62,708 nt of DNA, from assembly GCF_001194135.2 (NCBI RefSeq), contig NC_068991.1:13272466-13335173 (forward strand), read 5' to 3'. Positions 50,795 through 62,708 of this stretch are shown piece by piece. The translations under genes were made by a program, and so were the position numbers. Position 1 is the stretch's first letter, and every line of letters starts with the position of its first letter. This DNA comes from Octopus bimaculoides. Taxonomy: Eukaryota. The notes beneath the pieces were generated by a model, which made no database searches, was not told the DNA's origin, and saw only the letters and a list, made by a program, of their open reading frames with translations.

Positions 50795-51013
50795 TATTTC
50801 TTTATTGCCCACAGGGGGCTAAACATAGAGGGGACAAACAAAGGAATTAAGTCGATTACATCAACCCCAGTGTGTAACTGGTACTTATTTAATCGACCCT
50901 GAAAGGATGAAAGGCAAAGTCGACCTCGGCGGAATTTGAACTCAGAACATAGCGGCAGATGAAATACCGCTAAGCATTTTGCCAGGCGTGCTAACATTTC
51001 TGCCAGCTCGCCG
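50795..51013 (-). mobile_element. SINE family B inserted in a SINE family A copy
   Basis: 17-bp TSD gatgt(t/c)tttcagtttcc at 50778-50794 and 51021-51037; SINE-A head sequence follows on the right. Confidence 0.75.
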
Positions 51014-52017
51014 AAAGATAGATGTCTTTCAGTTTCCATTTACCAAAACCACTTACAAGGCTTTGGTTGGCCCAAAGCTATTGTAGAAGGCACCTGCCCA
51101 AGGTGCCATACAGAAGAACTGACCCTGAAACCATGTGGTTGGGAAGCAAACTTCTTACCACAAAGCCATGGCTACATGTGATTTTTTAATTTTTTTTTTT
51201 TCAGGAATGCTTTTAATAAATGCCAACATCCCAGCTATCCCAAAGTAGCACATTATGCAATGTGTCTGTTATATAACGGAGATCAGTTAGAAAGAATCAA
51301 CAGCATTTGAGTGATGGCCACGTTTATTGTGACATTGTGTCAAAACCCATTATAACACCTTCAACCGTTTGTCAACCTGACATTGAATGTTGTCAGGCCC
51401 GACTTCATATATGCAGAAAGTAAACAAAGCAAAAAAGCACTGCTATACATTTATAACAACAGCAGCACCACCGCCGCCACCACCACCACCACCACCAATA
51501 CAATCACTACCAAGACCAGTAATACAACCACTACCTCCACCCCCACACTAATACTATTACAGAAACTAATACTACCACAACTGTTGCTGCTACTACTACT
51601 ACTACCACCACCACCACAACTTTTAACCATCACCACCAGCAATGTTACTACTACAACTACTACTTCTCCTCCTCCTCCCCCTCCCCCTCCTCAATTATTT
51701 TCATTGGCATTCAGTCATTGCGTAGTGTCAGTCTATAATGCCATTCTAGTGATAATATATGTAGATACACACTGATATGCATACATACATACATACATAT
51801 ATATATACATACATACATACATACATACATACATACAGGGAGATTATCTACCAACACACATCCATATGCATACACACAAGCGAATATATGATCATATCAC
51901 ACACACACACAAAATCATAAATCTGCAGAATTACATCAATCTTCTACGTTGACCTCATCAGTCTGGGAGGAGCAGCAAAGGTCATGAGAATTGACCCACC
52001 TTCTCTGTCGAAATGAT

Positions 52018-52024
52018 AATAATG

Positions 52025-52075
<51 letters not shown>
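52018..52075 (+). repeat. (AAT)n microsatellite
   Basis: Direct reading. Confidence 0.95.
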
Positions 52076-52077
<2 letters not shown>

Positions 52078-52473
52078 GATCACATCTCTCCCTACCACTT
52101 CCCAAACAATTATTGAGAATTAATTTGAAAAAGTCAGCACAACTTGATATATGGTAAACTGGAAGTTTACACTTAGTCTAGTTGCTATCACACCACACCA
52201 CAAGGCCACTAGTTACCTCCACCACCACCTTGTATACTCCCTTACAACTATTACCACTACACTCCTGTAACAACCACACAACTATGCCACTAAAGCTAGT
52301 AAACTGCTATTACACACATATACACACACACACTTCCAAGCCAGCAAAGGGTGATGTATGTGGAATGATTTGAAGCAGATTTGGCTGCTATTAATCTAAC
52401 AGGTTCTATAGGCTCCACATGTTGGCTCGGGGTCAAAATTAATTTCTTAATGTTATTAGTACAGATGTTTTAA

Positions 52474-52693
52474 CCTTTTAGTGTTTAAGCAGGCCATATC
52501 CGGCCCAAATATTCAACCTGTTCTATGTTCAAACTGGCCAGATCTCACTTCTCACACCTATCCTACAATGTCATTCTAATAATATACAATCACGCCATCA
52601 AAATCTCAGAGCTGCAAGATAATGCATGATTAATTGAAAACAGTGTGATTAAATTAGCATTACATTTGATACAGTAATCTGAATACAAAAATG
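52474..52693. mobile_element. piggyBac-type MITE (family 1)
   Basis: TTAA flanks; aligns with 20171-20391. Confidence 0.8.
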
Positions 52694-52849
52694 TTAAAGA
52701 TGGTGCATTATTGACTGAACAAAGGATTAGAGTAGAGGAGGATTATTGACTGGTTTACTGTGAAACTGGTATAGATAGAGTTCAATCTCAGCTGCAGTAC
52801 TTCTAATATGTAAAATATATAGAAGGTCCACCAGAAGTTCTTGTCATTG

Positions 52850-53660
52850 TTATGGTGGGGGGATTTATGCGCCTCAATGGCCCCGAGAGTTATGCAGCAG
52901 AGTGTAAGCTCCTAGTAGGGATCCCATGCTGGACAGGTCAAGGGATGGAGGCTACACTGATAGAGACCATTCACACCCAGAGGTAAAAATGGGTTTATGT
53001 AGGGCCAATACCCTTAACTAGAAAAAAGCAAAGTTATAAAAATGCCAACGACATAGGCGTAGAAGTGGCTGTGTGGTAAGTAACTTGCTTACCAGCCACA
53101 TGGTTCTGGGTTCAGTCCCACTGCGTGGCACCTTGGGCAAGTGTCTTCTACTAAAAGCCTCGGGCCGAACAAAGCCTTGTGAGTGGATTTGGTAGATGGA
53201 AACTGAAAGAAGCCCGTCGTATATATGTATGTGTGTATGTTTGTGTGTCTGTGTTTGTCCCCCAATATCGCTTGACAACCAATGCTGGTGTGTTTACGTC
53301 CCCGTAACTTAGCGGTTTGGCAAAAAGAGACCGATAGAATAAGTACAAGGCTTACAAAGAATAAGTCCTGGGGTAGATTTGCTTGACTAAAAAAAAAAGG
53401 CGGTGCTCCAGCATGGCCACAGTCAAATGACTGAAACAAGTAAAAGAGACACTTCAAACCCACAAGACCTGGGAGAGGAAGGGTTTTCCTCAGGGAAACA
53501 TATGATGCAGGGCTTGACCAGGAACTCACAAGGGAGCTAGAAGTGAGAACACCCTAAAACTAGTGGAGACAGATACTGAGGTAGAGCAGAAAAAGCAGAG
53601 AAGACAGCCCTGATTTGTGACCAGGGGAGCAAACCTGTTGATGGCTTAAGCTCCAGAGAG
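52850..53660 (+). mobile_element. RTE-like LINE remnants (5' UTR-like part 52850-53050, 3' part 53455-53660) separated by a SINE-A (53054-53449)
   Basis: gtgtaagctcctagtagggatcccatgctggacaggtcaaggg resembles RTE 5' UTRs I recall; the 3' part is a weak, decayed C-terminus. The SINE is clear. Confidence 0.4.
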
Positions 53661-56102
53661 AGAAATGGTTTTAAGTAAGTATAGAAGACACTTGCCTGAT
53701 ATACTAAGCAGGGAGATTGAAGTCGAAACAACTTGGTTGCAAAACAAATTTATTAATCAAACAGCCATCGTTTGTAGATATCTAATTAATATGGTTGTTT
53801 TGGAACTGGTAATAAACACCTATACATTAGTTATACTTTAAATCAGGAAGTTCCAAACCACTGGACCATTTTCGTTAATGGCTTGTATTTATTTATTTTT
53901 TTTCCATTGCCATACTCAAGATAAATAATGTATATACCTTTGTTGTTGACATAAAAACTGTCTACATTTAAATATTGGATGACAAGGAAGGCTGGGGCGA
54001 AGTGGGGGTAAGAAGAACTGCGTAAAAGATTTTTGTTTTGTCATTTGAAAGTAAAAAATATCCAAGTTTATAGATTTTATGACTTATCTGATACTCTTTT
54101 ACTTGTTTCAGTCATTTGACTGCGGCCATACTGGAGCACCGCTTTTAGTTGAGCAAATCGACCCCAGGACTTATTCTTTGTAAGCCTAGTACTTATTTTA
54201 TTGGTCTCTTTTTGCCAAACTGCTAAATTACGGGGACGTAAACACACCAGCATCGGTTGTCAATCGATGGTGGAGGGGACAAACATAGACACACAAACAC
54301 ACATNNNNNNNNNNNNNNNNNNNNNNNNNNNNNNNNNNNNNNNNNNNNNNNNNNNNNNNNNNNNNNNNNNNNNNNNNNNNNNNNNNNNNNNNNNNNNNNN
54401 NNNNNNNNNNNNNNNNNNNNNNNNNNNNNNNNNNNNNNNNNNNNNNNNNNNNNNNNNNNNNNNNNNNNNNNNNNNNNNNNNNNNNGGCTTCTTTCAGTTT
54501 CCGTCTACCAAATCCACTCACAAGGCTTTGGTCGGCCCGAGGTTATAGTGGAAGACACTTGCCCAAGGTGCCACGCAGTGGGACTGAACCCGGAACCACG
54601 TGGTTGGTAAGCAAGCTTTCTTCTTTTTTTTTTATCATAAATCAGAATGTCTTCTGTGATTTGAGTGGGTTTCATTTCTAGATTTTTAGATGTCATTTAG
54701 AAGACGAAGGAATAAGGGGACGAATGAGTTAGGAGGGGGGTGAAGATGTGACGAGAGGCAGAGAAGAGAGACGGAGGGAAGAGACGGAGAAGAGAGATGA
54801 AGAGGGGAGAGATGAAGAAGAGGGGAGGGACGAAGAAATTGGGCGATGGGGAAGAAGACAGAAGAGGAAGAATAAGACATGTTAAATATGGTGTCATCTA
54901 GTTTGAATGGAAACACACTAAATATGGTAATGAAATAGAGAGAAAAGGAGGTGATGATGATGATGATGATTGTGGTAGTGATGGGCGGGTGGGGAGTGGT
55001 GATGACTATTTAATGACTAGTTGGTATTTCATATACTTACACAGCTCCCTAATTATCAGTAATCTTAATCTGATCATTTTCATCAGTATTCTAGACTTAA
55101 ACAAAAAAACAAATAAATAAAATATAAAAATATCTCAGTTCACCATCACCATCACCATCACTACTATTACTACTGAGTAGGTGGATGGGTTTCTGCATGG
55201 TCAGCTGACCTGCTAGAAATAACAGCTAAATCTATTTCAAACCATGCACCGTGGGGTAGGCTTTTAAAGGATAACATAATCTGGCATATATTTGGAAAGA
55301 CAAGATGGTCATGGTTGGGACACATTTGACCATAGTTCTGCTTGATCAAAAGGCTCACTTTTACTACTAACGATCTTCAACGGTGCTGTTAGCGCCCCAC
55401 TGGCACGGGTGCCAGTCATCGAATTTGGTTCAATTTTGGTTGGAGCATGGAAACGCTTCACAGTATTTAAATAAGGCAGCGGGATGGCAGAATCGTTAGC
55501 ATGCCAGGCAAAATCTCGTTAAGCATATTGTCTGTCTTTACATTCTGAGTTCAAATTCTGCTGAGGTCGAATTTGCCTTTTGTCCTTATGGGGGTTGATA
55601 GATAAGTACCAGTGGTGCGCGGGGTTCGATATAATCAACTTAGCAGATCTGTGAACAGAGACATTCCAGCCATGACCATTCCATCTCTTGGATTATATTA
55701 TCTAACATGTCCTTGCATTACTGAATATGATGTCCTGTTCAATGTTGTAGTTTCTCCTCTCCTGGTGGTGCACTTCTAGTAATTATAGATAACGAAACAT
55801 ACACACACACACATGCACAATGACAACAAAGTGGGAGGTCAATCCACAACAGACGGAGGGCATAGAGATGGTCAGTAGAGCCTCTTAGCCACCAAACATT
55901 TCTATGTTCTTTTCCATCTACCTAGCAACACACACACACACACACTGATGGTATTAGGGTCAGGAATAAACCCCCAAATTATAAGCGGAATTAATAAGTA
56001 ATACCTAAGCTGATTTACATATATACAACGATATGTATGTATATATATGTGTGTAGATATGCATACAACAACACATAGAGAAAATACATAAGCAGACATT
56101 CA

Positions 56103-56142
<40 letters not shown>

Positions 56143-57061
56143 TGGTATTGTCAATGCAGAGATAAAGACAGCAAATCATCCAACATTATTAATCCTCTTA
56201 GGTCTGTGATAATGATGGTGATGGTTTGAAGCTGTTCAGTGGTGCACTAAATAAGGTTTTAAATGTTCTGATTTCACGTCTGACCTTATGGTGACATTGC
56301 TCTTTTACTGCTCCACTGTTAATAAAACAAGCTAAGTATTGTGTGTTCCAAGAGGGAAAGTACAATTCTAACAACCATATAGTGCCCGGACAAAATCATA
56401 GATATCTAGTGAGGAAAAAAAAAAAAAAAGTTAGGAGGAGTGGCTGTATGGTAAGTAGCTTGCTTACCAACCACATGGTTCCGGGTTCATTCCCACTGCG
56501 TGGCACCTTGAGCAAGTGTCTTTTACTATAGCCTCGGGCCGACCAAAGCCTTGTGAGTGGATTTGGTAGATGGAAACTGAAAGAAGCCTGTCGTATATAT
56601 ATATATATATATNNNNNNNNNNNNNNNNNNNNNNNNNNNNNNNNNNNNNNNNNNNNNNNNNNNNNNNNNNNNNNNNNNNNNNNNNNNNNNNNNNNNNNNN
56701 NNNNNNNNNNNNNNNNNNNNNNNNNNNNNNNNNNNNNNNNNNNNNNNNNNNNNNNNNNGATGCCAATCTGCTGAAGAACAATTTACCAGAAAGTCTCAGT
56801 ACCCCTCCTTGCATAAACCAAAGTGTCCTTTTTTTTTTCTTTTTCGTAATTATCATATTAGGCATAGCTGTAATATCAGAATTTAAGAAGTTTGCTTCCC
56901 CACCACATGGTTATTTAGAAGAAAGTGAAGGTAGTTGACAGGAAGGACATCCAGCCGTACAAAAAAAAAAAAAAAAAAAAAAAAAAATTCTGCTGACAAA
57001 TTCCACCTGGCTCAATACAAACATGGGAAAGTGGATATTAAAATAATGATGATGATGATGA

Positions 57062-58614
57062 TACCATGACTATGCTAATGTTCTCTAAATTGAATGTAAA
57101 TATCTTTACATAGTTAAGTGACGCATCTAAGAGAAAACAGATGCAAAACCTGTTCTTCTGAAAGTCAATCTCAACAGCTGCTGCAACAATGTGCAAAAAT
57201 GAGATACAGTTTATTTAATATATCAAATTGCATTCCAACTTATAATTTACTTCCTTGCTCGAGAGTGTTGTTATTTTATCCTTCGGCCGGTCCTCTTCTG
57301 GCCAGGCCCATGATCAAAGATGTAGTTAAAACTGTCTTGCATTATATTCAGGTAAGGCAGTGAGCTGGCAGAATCATTAAAGCACTGAACAAAATGTTGC
57401 TGGGGTTGACTTTGCCATTCATTCATTCAGGGTTGATAAAAGAAGTTACCATTTGATGGGAACATAGCTGTTATTACTAGTAGGTTGCTGAGTCGTTTAG
57501 AAGTTTTCTCATTAAATATAATTTCTATTTACTAGTAGAGTAGGTTGAAAGAAAAATCAGTAGTTGATACCCGAGTACTGAACAAAAGACAAGTAAATGC
57601 TTTGTTAGGTTGTTTGGGGTGTCAGTGTTCACTGGATCAACGGGGTAACTAATCGCAGCCAGATGTAAACCCTTGAGGAATAAACATATTTTTTTTTCGT
57701 AAAGAATTAAATTCAACTAAAGATATAGATATTACACGCTTCTCATATCTGTGGGGAGATTCAGAAAATTTTGTTCTGGTGCTTTCTATAAATCTTACTA
57801 ATGGCAAAAAAATATTCAAAATTAGACATACAGACATCCATACATTCATATACAGACACACACATGCACACATGAGTGGTTGGCGTTAGGAAGGGCATCC
57901 AGCTGTAGAAACTCTGCCAAATCAGACTGGAGCCTGGTGTTGCCATCCGGTTTCACCAGTCCTCAGTCAAATCGTCCAACCCATGCTAGCATGGAAAGCG
58001 GACGTTAAACGATGATGATGATGATGATGATGATATATATATACACACACACACACTCACATATATATATACGATGGGCTTCTTTCAGTTTCCACCTACC
58101 AAATCCACTCACAAGGCTTTGGTTGGCCCGAGGCTATAGTAGAAGACACTTGCCCAAGGTTCCATGCAGTGGGACTGAACCCAGAACAATGTGGTTGGTA
58201 AGCAAGCTTATTACCACACAGCCATGCTTGCACCTGTATGTAAATGAAATTAAAGAAACATACATTTATATAATGACATCATGATTATGCTAATGTTCTC
58301 TAAATTGAAACATTGAATGTAAATACCTCTACATCGTTAAATGACGTGTCTAAGAAAAAACAGATGTAAAACCTGTTCTTCTGAAAGTCAATCTCAACAG
58401 CTGCTGCAACAATGTGCAAAAATGAGATACAGTTTATTTAATATATCAAATTGCATTCCAACTTAGAATTTACTTCCTCGCTCAAGGGTAGTGTTGCTGT
58501 TTATCCTTCGGCCAGTCTTCTTCCCGACAGGCTTATGATCAAAGATGTAGTTGGAACCATCTTGCATTACATTCAGATAAGGCGGTGAACTGGCAGAATC
58601 ATTAATGCACTGAA
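57062..58614 (+). repeat. Local direct duplication of ~330 bp (57062-57392 and 58278-58614)
   Basis: Alignable throughout; a third, more diverged piece lies at ~59435-59560. Confidence 0.9.
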
Positions 58615-58902
58615 TTCCACCGAGGTCGATTCATCCTTTNNNNNNNNNNNNNNNNNNNNNNNNNNNNNNNNNNNNNNNNNNNNNNNNNNNNNNNNNNNNN
58701 NNNNNNNNNNNNNNNNNNNNNNNNNNNNNNNNNNNNNNNNNNNNGTCTTCTTCCCGACAGGCTTATGATCAAAGATGTAGTTGGAACCATCTTGCATTAC
58801 ATTCAGATAAGGCGGTGAACTGGCAGAATCATTAATGCACTGAACAAAATGTCTAACAGCATCTCTTCGGGTTTTATGTACTGTGTACTGAGTTCAGATC
58901 GT

Positions 58903-59287
58903 GGAGGCGCAATGGCCCAGTGGTTAGGGCAGTGGACTCACGGCCATAGGATCGCGGTTTCGATTCCCAGACCGGCCGTTGTGAGTGTTTATTGAACGAA
59001 AACACCTAAAGTTCCACAAGGCTCCGGCAGGGGATGGTGGCGAACCCTGCGGTACTCTTTCACCACAACTTTCTCTCACTCTTACTTCCTGTTTCTGTTG
59101 TGCCTGTAATTCAAAGGGTCAGCCTTGTCACACTTTGTGTCACACTGAATATCCCCAAGAACTACGTTAAGGGAACACGTGTCTGTGGAGTGCTCAGCCA
59201 CTTGCACCTTAATTTCACAAGCAGGCTGTTCCGTTGATCGGATCAACTGGAACCCTCGACGTCGTAAGCGACAGAGTGCCAATACCA
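58903..59287 (+). mobile_element. tRNA-derived SINE (family D), full length, nested in a SINE-B
   Basis: A box TGGCCCAGTGG, B box GGTTTCGATTCC; TSD actgagttca at 58887-58896 and 59288-59297. Confidence 0.85.
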
Positions 59288-60219
59288 ACTGAGTTCAAAT
59301 GCTACTGGGATCAACTTCATCTTTTATTGTTTCAGGGTTGATAAAATAAGTACCAGTTGAGCACTGGGGTTGATATAACTGACTTAACCCCATTCCCGAA
59401 ATTACTGGTCTTGTTCCAAAATTTGAATCCAGCATATCAAATTGCCCTTCACTACATCATGCGCAAAAGTGGTGTTGTTTATCCTCGGGTCAGTCCTCCT
59501 CCCTATAGGGCTTAGATCTAAGACATTCTAGTTGAAACAGTCTTCTTGCCTTATAATTCAGGCACACAGCCTATTGGTTTCAAATTTTAGTACAAGGCCA
59601 GCAATTACGGAGGAGGGGGTAAGTCGATCCCAATGATTCCAGTGCTCAACTGGTACTTATTTTTCTCGACCCCCAAAAGGATGAAAGGCGAAGACAACCC
59701 CAGTGGAATTTGAACTCAGAATATAAAGATGGCACAAAATGCTGCCAAGCATTTTGCCCAGCCTGGTAACAATTCTACCAGATCGCATACCAAAGACTTT
59801 ACCTAAAGTGTTCTTGCACTCTTAATACACCCCACCACATACATATATTGCACTCGCATTATATAAACAATATATATATATATATATATACATGTTATAT
59901 ATCTATTCCTGTATCTATATACATAATATATAACACATGCACACATCTTGTATACACACGCCCACACATAATGTTGAATATTATATATCAAACACGCTGT
60001 GTGTGACCAATGATGCATGTCGTACAACAGAAGGCTTAGTCATCAGCATATAAACGTTACTGACAATGCGGAAAATGGATGTACATTTAACGAACATACA
60101 TGTGTATACATACATAATCATGTCCTTGATGGCATGGGTTGAATTATTATATGTACATATGTATGTGTGTGCATCTATATACATGTGTATGAATATATAT
60201 ATATATATATATATATATA

Positions 60220-60429
60220 CAGGGGAGGTGGATGCTCAAAAGGTACGGGTTCTGGGTAAAAGAAAATACGAGATGAATAGTTATGATTTTATACAACATA
60301 TTCCTCTCTCAGATTCACACACTTATTGCAGCAGTCCTTCAGTTTTTCTAAGCCCTGTAAAAGATCTCTGAAGGTTGGGCATCCAGCCAGGCCCCTTGCA
60401 ATGCCCTCAAAGCCAGGAACTTTTCAGCA

Positions 60430-60435
<6 letters not shown>
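60220..60435. mobile_element. Mariner-type MITE
   Basis: The right end reads cgagggtgctgaaaagttcctggcttt inward; the left end after TA is degenerate. Confidence 0.55.
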
Positions 60436-60460
<25 letters not shown>

Positions 60461-60646
60461 CTATATATATAAACACACACATGTATGTATGTGCATCCTG
60501 TTCATGTTCCATGCTGACATGTGTATATATCACTCACAGATATTCAATTACTTGTTTCAATCATTGCACTGTGGCCATGCTGGATCACATGAACTGCAGT
60601 ACTTATTCTCTAAGTGAGGTACCTAGTCTATCGCTACAGTTTAGGT

Positions 60647-61008
60647 CAGGGGCGGGTAAACTTTTTAGTGCGGTGGGCAAAATTTCCAAAGACAAAGGTC
60701 TGCTGATGGATCACAAGTTCTAATTCTTATATTTGTGTAAATCTTGTATATATCTATGTATAATTTGATATACATTAATAAGGATAAGTTTAAGACGTTA
60801 AATTAACACCGCCACTCAATTTAGGATGTTTATATTACTTATAGGCGCAAGAGTGGCTGTGTGGTAAGTAGCTTGCTTACCAACCACATGGCTCCGGGTT
60901 CAGTCCCACTGCGTGGCACCTTGGGCAAGTGTCTTCTACTATAGCCTTGGGCCGACCAAAGCCTTGTGAGTGGATTTGGTAGACGGAAACTGAAAGAGGC
61001 CTGTCTTA

Positions 61009-61070
<62 letters not shown>

Positions 61071-61816
61071 AAGTGTAGTATATTGCCACTTAAGTGTGGC
61101 TGACCCCTAGGGGTGGATGTTACTGTTGCTNNNNNNNNNNNNNNNNNNNNNNNNNNNNNNNNNNNNNNNNNNNNNNNNNNNNNNNNNNNNNNNNNNNNNN
61201 NNNNNNNNNNNNNNNNNNNNNNNNNNNNNNNNNNNNNNNNNNNNNNNNNNNNNNNNNNNNNNNNNNNNNNNNNNNNNNNNNNNNNNNNNNNNNNNNNNNN
61301 NNNNNNNNNNNNNNNNNNNNNNNNNNNNNNNNNNNNNNNNNNNNNNNNATGTGTATGTTTGTCCCTCTAGCATTGCTTGACAACCGATACTGGTGTGTTT
61401 ATGTCCCCGTCACTTAGCGGTTAGGCAAAAAGAGACCGATAGAATAAGTACTAGGCTTACAAAGAATAAGTCCCGGGGTCGATTTGCTTGACTAAAGGCG
61501 GTGCTCCAGCATGGCCACAGTCAAATGACTGAAACAAGTAAAAGAGTATGAGGTAATCTTATTTTCCAGCCAGAGTGTAGTTAGGTCTCAAGGGGGGGGG
61601 GTACAAACCTAGCAATATGTTTTATAGAGAAAATAAAATTTCCATTCACATGGTAATTATGGGACGATTTTCGCAAATAGGCATACATATATTGTTTAAA
61701 TTTCATAATTGAAAAATTTACTATAGTCTGTATATGCAAGTATACCAGCCTGCGGGTGCAATAAAATGGGCTTGCAGGTGCAATTGCGCCCGTGGGCGGG
61801 GGTTTCCCCACCCCTG
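60647..61816. mobile_element. hAT non-autonomous element carrying a nested SINE-A (60842-61548)
   Basis: 15-bp TIRs caggggcgggtaaac / rc caggggtggggaaac (2 mismatches); perfect 8-bp TSD GTTTAGGT (60639-60646, 61817-61824). Confidence 0.9.
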
Positions 61817-62708
61817 GTTTAGGTGAACCAATAAGAGACAGAAACATTAACAAAGCAACACTGATTGTCAATCAGCAAGAAACAGACAGAAATACATATC
61901 GATGAAGTGCTTCAGCAAATTTCCTGTCCAAACAAATCCACTTGCAAGTTACTGGTTGGCCCAGGGTAAAGAGCCAGACACCTTTTTCATTGTGCTGCTC
62001 AGTAAGAATGAACCTGCAAACCATGTGGCTGCGAAATGAACTTTTTAACCAGCCACACATGCATGTATATATGTATGTATTATCAAATATATACAAGCAC
62101 ATTCGTTCACAATCTCCTTTCCTACACCTACTCAGAAATGGAAATACAGATTTTTTTTTTTCTTCCCCCACAAGGGGTGTGGTTAGAAACCAACTTATGA
62201 CTAATAACAAAATAGTAGCAACAAAACATAACATAGATATGAAACCCCACTGACAATGATATGGGAGCGATGAAGAGATAGGGCCGATTCTGCAGTAGTT
62301 ATACTGCTATTACTAATAATAGTATTACCACATGAGTATGTAAGGGTGTATCTATGTACATTATCTATTCACCTATCTATATATCCATCTCTCTCTCTCT
62401 CTCTTTTATATGTATATTTATATAAACACCTACACATACATGTGTGTGTGAGTGTGTGGTGTATGTGTATACATACATACATACATGAGTGTGTATATGT
62501 GTGTGTATATATATATAAACATACATGAGTGTGTGTGTGTGTAGATATATATATATATCATCATCATCATCATCATCGTTTAACGTCCGCTTTCCATGCT
62601 AGCATGGGTTGGACGATTTGACTGAGGACTGGTGAAACCGGATGGCAACACCAGGCTCCAGTCTGATTTGGCAGAGTTTCTACAGCTGGATGCCCTTCCT
62701 GTGTATAT

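Noticed and set aside
51383-51775. Thr/Pro/Leu-rich 130-aa ORF
   Set aside because: Translation of (ACC/ACT)n trinucleotide repeats.
58516-58843. Exact ~99-bp repeat on both sides of the 58640-58744 gap
   Set aside because: Probably a scaffolding overlap rather than a real duplication; cannot be excluded without reads.
58903-58975. tRNA-like sequence with A and B boxes
   Set aside because: It is a SINE head continuing into a 380-bp element with a TSD; I cannot fold a complete cloverleaf.

Overview
This is eukaryotic, AT-rich, microsatellite-dense genomic DNA from a draft assembly with many N gaps. The repeat families (abundant tRNA-derived SINEs, RTE-type LINE fragments, piggyBac/Tc1-mariner/hAT MITEs, TTAGGG-type repeats) suggest a cephalopod, probably Octopus; this is an inference, not a database match. 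One protein-coding gene is well supported: a SOCS4/5-subfamily suppressor of cytokine signalling (SH2 + SOCS box) on the minus strand, in one large exon (16592-18115; splice acceptor upstream of 18162). No upstream exon could be placed. Most other ORFs in the track are microsatellite or N-gap artefacts, or decayed retroelement fragments (RTE; one R2-superfamily RT). No prokaryotic-type system or CRISPR array is present. The most interesting unexplained signals are structural: (1) a ~100-bp-arm foldback of two SINE tails directly behind the SOCS stop codon; (2) a 75-bp nested hairpin cassette bracketed by a 13-bp direct repeat at 28.1 kb; (3) Merlin-like MITEs carrying telomere-like repeats; (4) hammerhead-ribozyme-like words in Penelope-like repeats; (5) a diverged local duplication with a 98-bp perfectly identical core.
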